From assembly GCA_009695005.1 (NCBI GenBank), contig SIBU01000004.1, positions 1 to 50,130 on the forward strand: a stretch of 50,130 bases of DNA, read 5' to 3'. The notes below the pieces were generated by a model, which saw nothing but the letters and a program-made list of their open reading frames with translations, searched no databases and was not told the origin of the DNA. Below, in pieces: positions 17,421-25,600 of the stretch (position 1 is its first letter; each line of letters opens with the position of its first letter). Made by a program: the position numbers and the translations under genes. This DNA comes from Candidatus Tayloriibacteriota bacterium. Lineage in GTDB: Bacteria > Patescibacteriota > Minisyncoccia > Phycocordibacterales > SIBU01.

Positions 17421-17448
17421 AAAGGGCATGCCTGTCATGCCCTTTTTT
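17421..17448 (+). terminator. Intrinsic terminator after the HAD gene
   Basis: AAAGGGCATG/CATGCCCTTT stem followed by a T run. Confidence 0.8.
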
Positions 17449-17487
17449 ATATATAGGCAACAAGATTGCTTGTGTTAGAATGTTTCC

Positions 17488-17913
17488 ATGTTTGAGGTGA
17501 AGATAAAAAGGCTTAAACCTGATGCAAAATTACCTAGTTACGCACACCCAGGGGATGTTGGACTTGATTTGTATTCGCTAGAGGAAGTTACTGTGCCGCC
17601 AGGCGGGCATTACAGGTTTTACAACGGTTTTGCATTGGAATTTCCAGAAGGATACGCAGCGATTGTGAAGGACAAAGGAAGTATTTCAAAAGCGGGATTA
17701 CATACGATGGGAGGTGTCTATGACGCTGGATTTCGCGGCGAGTATAATGTACATTTGGTAAACTTAAGTGATAAGTCCTACACGTTTGAAAAGGGAGACA
17801 AGGTGGCTCAGTTAGTTATAATTCCAATTGCGCATGCAAAAATGGTTGAGGTGGAAGAGTTGAATGATTCAAGTCGAGGAACAGGACAGTTTGGGAGCAC
17901 TGGAAAAAAATGA
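17488..17913 (+). CDS. dut: dUTP diphosphatase
   Basis: HPGDVGLDL, GGVYDAGFRGE, KVAQLVI and RGTGQFGSTG. Confidence 0.95.
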   Translation: MFEVKIKRLKPDAKLPSYAHPGDVGLDLYSLEEVTVPPGGHYRFYNGFALEFPEGYAAIVKDKGSISKAGLHTMGGVYDAGFRGEYNVHLVNLSDKSYTFEKGDKVAQLVIIPIAHAKMVEVEELNDSSRGTGQFGSTGKK

Positions 17914-19625
17914 TTGAAGAAAAAATAAGAAATTTAATAAAAGAAAGCTTAAAAAACCTTGAAATTGAAATCAGGGAAATTTCACTAGAGCATCCAGATG
18001 AGATCTCTCACGGAGATTATTCGACAAACGTGGCCCTCGTTCATGCAAAAGCACAAGGTGCGAACCCTCGGAAGCTAGCGGAGGAGATTGTACGATATAT
18101 CGAACAAAATAAATCGAAGGAAATTTTAAAGGTGGAGATTGCTGGTCCAGGGTTTATCAATTTTTATTTGTCGAGGGAATTTTTTACAGGCGAAGTTTTG
18201 GCTATATTGAAGGAGGGAGAAGATTTCGGTAAAAACTCTAAACTCGAAGGGAAAAAAGTAATGGTGGAGTACACAGATCCGAATCCCTTCAAGGAATTTC
18301 ATATTGGGCATTTGATGTCGAATGCTGTTGGGGAATCCATTTCCCGGCTTGTGCAGTTTCAGGCAGCAGAGGTAAAGCGAGCTTGTTATCAAGGGGATGT
18401 TGGGCTTCATGTGGCAAAGGCGGTGTGGGGCATGAAGGAGCAAATTAAGAACTCGAAACTCAAAATTCAAGAAATTACCGCCAAGAATTTGGGTGAGGTG
18501 TACGCCCTAGGGTCCGAGAAATATGAAACGGACGAAGCTGTCAAAGCGGAAATCATCAGTCTCAACAAGGCGATTTTTGATAAGTCTGACGCAGAGATGC
18601 AGGTGCTGTATGAAAAGGGTAGGAAAGTAAGTCTGGACTATTTCGAAACTATCTACAGAAGACTTGGTACTAATTTTGACTACAAGTTTTTTGAAAGCGA
18701 GACTGGACCGTTCGGCAAAAAGATCGTGGAAGAATTTCTTGGCCACGGAATATTTGAAAAAAGCCAAGGAGCTGTTGTTTTTCCTGGGGAAAAGCATGGC
18801 CTTCACACTAGGGTGTTTATTAATTCTCAAGGGCTTCCGACATATGAGGCAAAAGAATTAGGTCTGGCGAAGATTAAGTATGATATATACAAGTACGATC
18901 AGTCTATTGTTGTCACCGCCAACGAGGTCAATGAATATTTTAAAGTGCTTTTGTGTGTTATGAATCTCACTTTTCCGGAACTGGCCAAGAAAACAAAACA
19001 TCTATCTCATGGAATGTTGCGGTTACCAACGGGTAAAATGTCTTCACGAACCGGAAATATAATTACGGGAGAGTCGCTTATTTCTGCAGTTGAGGCAATG
19101 GTACATAAAAAATTGGAGGAGAGGGAACTAGAGATACATGAGAAAAGTAAAATTGCTGAGATTGTAGCGATTGGCGCCATCAAGTATTCAATTCTAAAAC
19201 AGGCAATAGGGAGTGACATTATTTATGATTTTGAAAAATCTATTTCGTTTGAGGGTGATTCTGGTCCTTACCTTCAGTACGCTTGTGTCAGGGCAACTTC
19301 AGTTTTGGAGAAAGCAAAAAAAGAAAATATTAAAGCTGCTCCGCCTGGAGACGGCGGAGCAGAAGAAGATGTTTCTTTGCTTGAGAAAATGCTTTCACGT
19401 TTTCCCGAGATTGTTGAAAGAGCTTCGTCTGAGTATTCGCCTCACTTTGTTGCGACATATTTAACCGAACTTGCGGGATCGTTTAATAACTATTACGCAC
19501 ATAATCAAATTGTTAATTCTTCTGACCCGCAATCTCCATACAAGGTTGCGATTACTGAATCTTTTGTCACTGTTATGAAAAACGGTTTATGGCTTCTTGG
19601 CATTAAAGTGCCAGAACACATGTAA
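17910..19625 (+). CDS. argS: Arginine--tRNA ligase
   Basis: GDYSTN, EYTDPNPFKEFHIGH, KMSSRTG and FEGDSGPYLQYA. Confidence 0.97.
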   Translation: MIEEKIRNLIKESLKNLEIEIREISLEHPDEISHGDYSTNVALVHAKAQGANPRKLAEEIVRYIEQNKSKEILKVEIAGPGFINFYLSREFFTGEVLAILKEGEDFGKNSKLEGKKVMVEYTDPNPFKEFHIGHLMSNAVGESISRLVQFQAAEVKRACYQGDVGLHVAKAVWGMKEQIKNSKLKIQEITAKNLGEVYALGSEKYETDEAVKAEIISLNKAIFDKSDAEMQVLYEKGRKVSLDYFETIYRRLGTNFDYKFFESETGPFGKKIVEEFLGHGIFEKSQGAVVFPGEKHGLHTRVFINSQGLPTYEAKELGLAKIKYDIYKYDQSIVVTANEVNEYFKVLLCVMNLTFPELAKKTKHLSHGMLRLPTGKMSSRTGNIITGESLISAVEAMVHKKLEERELEIHEKSKIAEIVAIGAIKYSILKQAIGSDIIYDFEKSISFEGDSGPYLQYACVRATSVLEKAKKENIKAAPPGDGGAEEDVSLLEKMLSRFPEIVERASSEYSPHFVATYLTELAGSFNNYYAHNQIVNSSDPQSPYKVAITESFVTVMKNGLWLLGIKVPEHM

Positions 19626-19626
19626 T

Positions 19627-19746
19627 AAACCTCTGTGTTTGGCGCATTTCTTTGTTGCTTCGCTCTTTTGCTTTCGCAATATAGAAAACTACATTTTGGT
19701 CGCAAGCCTCGCTAGCGCCTCGAACTGCATCCAAACACGGAGGTTT
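19627..19746. repeat. 120-bp element bounded by 16-bp inverted repeats (MITE/REP-like or structured RNA)
   Basis: AAACCTCTGTGTTTGG at 19627-19642 and CCAAACACGGAGGTTT at 19731-19746 (15/16 complementary); internal GCTTCGCTC and CTCGCTAGCG motifs. Confidence 0.55.
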
Positions 19747-19788
19747 GTGATTTAAAATTGTCATAATAAATGCTAAAATAGTTACACA

Positions 19789-21258
19789 ATGGTAACTAAC
19801 GAGCTCTTAAAATTTATTCGCGAACAACTTTATGTTGGTGTTCCGGAAGATCAAATTGCTGAAGCCTTGAAACCGGGAGGGTGGTCCGATTTGGATTTAG
19901 AAGAAGCATTTCAAGTTTTAAAAACCATTCAAGCTCCACCCGTTTCTACGCCTCCAAAATTTGAGCATCACACTGTTGCGGTTGCTGAACCTGTTTCTGC
20001 TTCAGTCGAGACAGTCGAGGAAATCCCTTTAACTCCAATTGTAGGTGTCATTAATCCTATTGAAATAAAACCCGAACCACTTTCGGCGTTTCGTTTTCAA
20101 ACTATGCCAACCTCTTCTCCTGGCAAAAAATGGCCAATAATATTGGCCATTGCGATACTTTTATTATTGCTAGTTGGGGTCGGAACATGGTTTTTTGTAT
20201 ACAAATATCGAAAAGCAGAAGTCGTGGTGGTTGTTAATAAGCCAGTTTTGACACCTAAGAAAGTTGTTCCCGTTGTTCCTCCTGTTGTGCCCGAGGTTCC
20301 TTTCGATGTTGACTTAATTGTGAAGTGGGAAAAAATTCCCGATGAGCAAAACATGGCGTCTTCAACTATGTTGGCCGGTAAAATGATTTCAAAATCCGAT
20401 ATTGATTTTTTGAAAAAGTATTTTGAAAAAGGATATGATGTTAAAAACCTTCCGGATGTTGCTGCGGCCAATGCTGTGGTCGTCCGAAACTTGAAAGTTT
20501 TACAAGCTTTTTCGGCCGCCTCAACAACATCTTCGTATCAATGTTCATTTGTGATGACGCTTGGGTCGTGTACAGGTTCATATTTACGAGTTAGTGGACG
20601 TCTCCTTTTGCTTCGTTCGTATATATTGGAACGTGCCGGTAAAGTACCAGAAGCGCTTTCTGTGGCGGAGGGGCTTGTTGACTTGGGACGTAAGGTGACG
20701 GCGCAAGCGGATGATGTTTTGCCGTTACTAATTGGATGGATTTTACAAAAGGATGGTTATCAGAGAATCAGTTTGCTCAAGCCAAAACTTTCGACCTCCT
20801 TTCAAATTTCTCCGGATGAAAAGACTGGCCGTATAAATACTTTGCGCGATGAAAATAAGGCCGTTTTTAAATTCCTTTACACCCGCGAGGCCGAGGGTCT
20901 GGAATATTTGGCGGATAAAACCAAGGTTCCGTCTTTCCCGCAAACCAAGGAGGATGTTGCTACCGCAGATGAATATAGAAAGTCGATCTTACTCGGTTCA
21001 TTCAACTTGAAAGAAACCAAAAAATATTTTTACGACTCGTATAAAACCGAAATAACCAATATTGACGCGGCCTGTGGTAGCACTCTGGCAAAGTCCCCGT
21101 ATGATTTCAGTGGGGAAGTAAAAACTGCGACGACTATGAGCAACCAATCTTCCGTTGAGAATTATATTGGTAAAATTTTATATGATATGACTTTTTTTCA
21201 CTTCGGCAATTTGAATGTAAAGCGTTGCGAGGTGGAGGACCTTATAAACAAGCTCTAG
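19789..21258 (+). CDS. Single-pass membrane protein with CPR-type N-terminal helical domain, Pro-rich linkers and an external helical domain
   Basis: N-terminal ELLKFIREQL...LKPGGWSDLDLEEAF, Pro/Val-rich spacers and TM WPIILAIAILLLLLVGVGTWFFV. Confidence 0.75.
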   Translation: MVTNELLKFIREQLYVGVPEDQIAEALKPGGWSDLDLEEAFQVLKTIQAPPVSTPPKFEHHTVAVAEPVSASVETVEEIPLTPIVGVINPIEIKPEPLSAFRFQTMPTSSPGKKWPIILAIAILLLLLVGVGTWFFVYKYRKAEVVVVVNKPVLTPKKVVPVVPPVVPEVPFDVDLIVKWEKIPDEQNMASSTMLAGKMISKSDIDFLKKYFEKGYDVKNLPDVAAANAVVVRNLKVLQAFSAASTTSSYQCSFVMTLGSCTGSYLRVSGRLLLLRSYILERAGKVPEALSVAEGLVDLGRKVTAQADDVLPLLIGWILQKDGYQRISLLKPKLSTSFQISPDEKTGRINTLRDENKAVFKFLYTREAEGLEYLADKTKVPSFPQTKEDVATADEYRKSILLGSFNLKETKKYFYDSYKTEITNIDAACGSTLAKSPYDFSGEVKTATTMSNQSSVENYIGKILYDMTFFHFGNLNVKRCEVEDLINKL

Positions 21259-21280
21259 TTTTGGTAATAATAAACTGTAT

Positions 21281-21307
21281 AAAACCCTTTTAAAATAAGG
21301 GTTTTTT
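21281..21307. terminator. Intrinsic terminator
   Basis: AAAACCCTT/AAGGGTTTT stem with T run. Confidence 0.7.
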
Positions 21308-21353
21308 GTCGCAGAGTCAATGTTGGGGCGGGTAGGAAAATTTAGATATACAC

Positions 21354-21383
21354 TTGACATAAAGTCAAAGATATGAATATAAT
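21354..21383 (+). promoter_or_regulatory. Consensus sigma70 promoter with overlapping TTGAC-N5-GTCAA palindrome
   Basis: TTGACA at 21354-21359, 18-bp spacer, TATAAT at 21378-21383. Confidence 0.65.
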
Positions 21384-21397
21384 GTTGACAACAACGA

Positions 21398-21715
21398 TTG
21401 GTAATGTTGCCAATAATTGTTAGTGAACTTTCAAAAAAAGGCCTCAAGTTGAAAAAAATACTGTTTTGGTTCTGTGTGGTGTTGACTGTTGTGATTATAG
21501 TGACGTGTCCTTGGGCAAAGAAGACCAAGGGTCGACTGATCATGAAGACAACAGTCAAGGATCTCCCCAAGGTAGTGGGAGATAAAATGGCCTACAATTT
21601 CAGGAACAATGTTTCGGCATTGGGAGATAAGATGGGCGAGCTTTGGGCTCAAAATTGGCCGAAGGTCCAAAAGGGGACATCCACCAAGTTGGTATCAATG
21701 TGGAAGGGAGAATGA
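21398..21715 (+). CDS. Small hypothetical protein with N-terminal hydrophobic segment (start uncertain)
   Basis: ORF lies between a consensus promoter and a terminator; KKILFWFCVVLTVVIIVTC hydrophobic stretch. Confidence 0.55.
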   Translation: MVMLPIIVSELSKKGLKLKKILFWFCVVLTVVIIVTCPWAKKTKGRLIMKTTVKDLPKVVGDKMAYNFRNNVSALGDKMGELWAQNWPKVQKGTSTKLVSMWKGE

Positions 21716-21719
21716 TGTG

Positions 21720-21759
21720 CCGTGTCTGAACAATAGGTTCGACGCGGTTTTCTTTTTTT
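21720..21759 (+). terminator. Terminator for the 21398 gene
   Basis: Bulged stem CCGTGTCTGAAC/GTTCGACGCGG followed by TTTTCTTTTTTT. Confidence 0.6.
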
Positions 21760-21765
21760 ACAAAT

Positions 21766-21791
21766 AAAAAAAGCGACCAATTGAGGTCGCT
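21766..21791 (-). terminator. Terminator for the 22140-21817 gene
   Basis: A run followed by an AGCGACC/GGTCGCT stem, giving a U tail on the minus strand. Confidence 0.6.
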
Positions 21792-21816
21792 CTATAGAAA
21801 ACTCTTTTTGCTCGAG

Positions 21817-22140
21817 TTATTTGTGAGGTTTTTCCTTGTCGCCGCCTCCGCCCATTTTGGTCATAATCCAACCAATGATCGTCCCGACCATAACCACCGC
21901 AACAACCAACGTCATGAATCCCGGGGTCCAAATTATATAAAAATGACCCTGAGCTTCACTTTTTGGCAACTTTGGCGCAGAGCTCGCAACGATTCGAATG
22001 CCAAGGAGGCAATCGACTGGATGTTCAATCAAATTCTTGCAAGCCGACTCGAGGCTGTATTTCAGAAGATTGAATCCAATCAGGGCCCAGATGACCACAC
22101 CCACAAGCGAAGCCTGACATGCGTGATAGTATTTTTTCAT
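21817..22140 (-). CDS. Small hypothetical membrane protein (2 predicted TMs)
   Basis: Two hydrophobic segments; minus-strand promoter TTGACA (22240-22245) -17- TAACCT (22217-22222); terminator downstream. Confidence 0.6.
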   Translation of the reverse strand: MKKYYHACQASLVGVVIWALIGFNLLKYSLESACKNLIEHPVDCLLGIRIVASSAPKLPKSEAQGHFYIIWTPGFMTLVVAVVMVGTIIGWIMTKMGGGGDKEKPHK

Positions 22141-22353
22141 AGTTTACAGGAAGAGCTGTATTGATGGCTTGAGCGGATGCCCAAATTTCATTTTCCATCA
22201 TTTTCGGACTAAAAAGAGGTTAACCTTTATTTTGAGTAGTGTCAACAGAGATAAACGAGAAGATTTTGTTGTGGGATCTTTAGCCCCGATTGTTGACATT
22301 CACAAATTTTTGTAATTGAATGATATTGGAAAAGTAGAAAGTCATCATAAATT

Positions 22354-22539
22354 ATGAGCCATTTTCATGGCGACTCGGTTGATTGGGAAGAGGTGGAAAG
22401 AAAAAGAAAACGCATTGAGGAAAAAGTCGTCGTGCATGAAAAGACTTGCGCGGTGTGTGGGGATAAATTTTACGGTACAAGCGTGATTTGCACTTCTAAA
22501 AAATGTGAAACGGCATCCGACTTTGATGGTGGTTGGTAG
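22354..22539 (+). CDS. Small Cys-rich, putative zinc-ribbon protein
   Basis: CAVC...CTSKKC in 61 aa, with a charged N-terminal helix. Confidence 0.55.
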   Translation: MSHFHGDSVDWEEVERKRKRIEEKVVVHEKTCAVCGDKFYGTSVICTSKKCETASDFDGGW

Positions 22540-22631
22540 TGTTTGGGCTCAAGAACGAACAATGCTAGAATGACAATATTCTAGCTTTTTTATTGGGAGG
22601 GTAATTTTGGTTTCAGTAGTAAGAATTATTT

Positions 22632-25600
22632 ATGTCAGAAGAAAAAACTAAAAATCCTATAGCAGAAAGGGAAAAGAAAATTTTAAAATTTTGGCAGGAA
22701 AACAAAATTTTCGAAAAATCTGTGGCCAAGGCGGGGCCTAAAGGAGATTTTGTCTTTTATGAAGGTCCTCCAACTGCTAATGGCAAACCAGGCATTCATC
22801 ATCTTGAAGCTCGCGCATTTAAAGATGCTATTCCACGATATAAAACTATGCAGGGCTTTCGTGTGCGGAGAAAAGGTGGGTGGGATACCCATGGTTTGGC
22901 AGTGGAAATTCAAACTGAAAAAGAATTAGGTTTAAAATCAAAAAAAGAGATTGAGGCATATGGAGTTGATGCATTTAATAAGAAATGTCGGGAGAGTGTT
23001 TGGAGGTACGTTAAAGAGTGGGAGGAGTTTACGGAGCGAACAGGTTACTGGATTGATTTGAAACGGCCTTACGTTACATATAAACCTTACTATATTGAAT
23101 CAGTTTGGAATATTATTTCAAAAATAAATGAGCAGGGACTTTTGTACAAAGATTATAAGGTGGTTCCGTGGTGTCCGAGGTGTGGAACAGGACTTTCGAG
23201 TCATGAACTAGCTCAGGGGTATGAGGATGTGAAGGACTTGTCGGTTACAGTAAAATTCAAACTAACAAATAACAATCAACAACTTGCAACTGAAGGTGGA
23301 GAGACTTACTTGCTTGCGTGGACTACGACGCCGTGGACATTGCCGGGGAATGTGGGATTGGCGGTTGGGAATAAAGTAAAATACGTAAAAGTTAAAGTTG
23401 GTGAGGAATTTTATATTTTAGCCAAAGAAAGACTGACCTCGGTCATGAAAGATAAGGAACATGGGGTTATTGAGGAGTTGTTGGGGGAAAAACTTGTGGG
23501 TCTAGAATACGAACCTCTTTATCCATTTCTCAAAGACAATCTTTCGGAAACTGAAAAACTGAAACTAAAGAATGCGTTTAAGGTCTACGTGGCGGATTTT
23601 GTGACCACAACGGATGGCACAGGTATCGTGCACACCGCAGTGATGTACGGTACGGATGACTTTGATCTTGGCACAAAAGTTGGCTTGCCAAAGCATCATT
23701 TGGTTAACGATGACGGTACTTTCAAAAAAGAAACTGCTTTTTTAGCAGGTAAATTCGTAAAAGACGAAGCGACCGATGTGGAAATTATAAAAGATTTAGC
23801 GCACCGAGGATTGCTTTTTTCGAAAGAAAAATACTCACACAGTTATCCGCACTGCTGGCGTTGTCACACCCCGCTTATCTATTTTGCACGCGACTCGTGG
23901 TATATCAAAATGTCCGCTCTCCGAGACAAGCTTGTCGCTGGAAACCAATCAATTAATTGGGAGCCTTCATATATTAAAGAAGGGCGGTTTGGCGAGTGGC
24001 TTAAGGATATAAAAGATTGGGCAATTTCTCGAGAGCGTTATTGGGGTACACCACTCCCGGTATGGGAGTGCACTTCGTGTGATAAGCGTAAAATGATCGG
24101 ATCTTTTGATGAATTGTTTTTGAACGGACAGGGTAAAAAACTTACTCGACTTGTTTTGGTTCGCCACGGAGAAAGCGAAAAAAATATTCTAGAGTTGTAC
24201 GATATTTCTCGTGACGGTTATCCCTTAACAACCGCTGGCAGAAAATCAGCTGAAGAGGCTGGAGAAAAATTAAAAAAACTTGGAAAGATTGATGCGATTT
24301 ACACATCTCCAGTTATTCGCGCTTGTCAAACCTCAGAAATTATTGGAAAGGTGTTTGGTGTGGAGCCAGTTTTGTCTGATGAGTTGTGGGAGGTTAAAAG
24401 CGGTGAGTGGGAAGGATTGAATGACAGTTCTATTGATAAAAGGGAAGACAAGAAATTTTATGATAAACTTTCACATGAAGATTACTATCAAACTTCACGA
24501 GGTAAGACGGGTGAGAGTTGGCAGGATGTTGAAAACAGAATGACTTCTTTTGTTAAGGGAATTTTAAAAAAACATCAAGGAGAAACTGTCGTTGTTGTTT
24601 CTCACGAAGGTCCACTTATGGTTTTGCTTCGTTATTTGAAGGAGTTATCTCTTGATGAAATTATTAATCTTTGGGAAGAACGTAGGGCATTTCATAGAGG
24701 ACTTTTGGGTGAATACGCTGAACCGACAAATGTTTATATCAGTAATCAGACTGGTAATGAGATTGACCCTCACCGTCCTTTCATCGACGATTTTGTTTTG
24801 AAATGCGACTGCGGAAAGGAAATGAAGAGGGTCAAGGAGGTGATGGATGTTTGGCTTGATTCTGGTGCGATGCCGTTTGCGCAAGAACATTATCCGTTCA
24901 AAAACAAAGAAGAAATTGATTCGGGTAAAGGATACCCGGCGGATTATATTTCCGAGGCAATTGACCAAACTCGTGGTTGGTTTTACACACTTCATGCTGT
25001 CGGTACGCTTCTGGGGAAGGGCAATGCATATAAGAACGTTATTTGTCTTGGGCACATTCTTGATGGAGAGGGAAAGAAAATGTCTAAATCGCTGGGGAAC
25101 GTTGTTGATCCGAATTTGATGATGGAAAAATATGGCGCGGATGCTTTAAGGTTTTGGATGTACAGTATAAATCAACCAGGTGAGCCGAAAAACTTCGATG
25201 AAAAAACCGTTGATGAGATTGTTAAAAAAGTTTTTAATCTCGCTGGGAATGTCCTCGCCTTTTATCATTTGTATGCTTCTTCGCTAAACCCTAAACCCTC
25301 TATCTTAAATCCTGTTCACGTTTTGGATGTTTGGATTGTTGCACGACTCAATCAACTTGTTGGAGAAGTTACAACTTCGCTCAACGCGTACCAATTGCTC
25401 GAACCAACGCGCGCCATTCGGGATTTCATTGCCGACTTGTCGCAGTGGTATTTGCGCCGTTCACGCGAGCGGATTAAAAATGGTGGGGAAGATGCGCAGG
25501 CCGCTTTGAGCACTTTGAAATTTGTGCTTTGTGAATTGTCTAAACTGATGGCTCCGTTCACGCCATTTTTTGCTGAATTTTTGTACAAAGAAGTTGGAGG

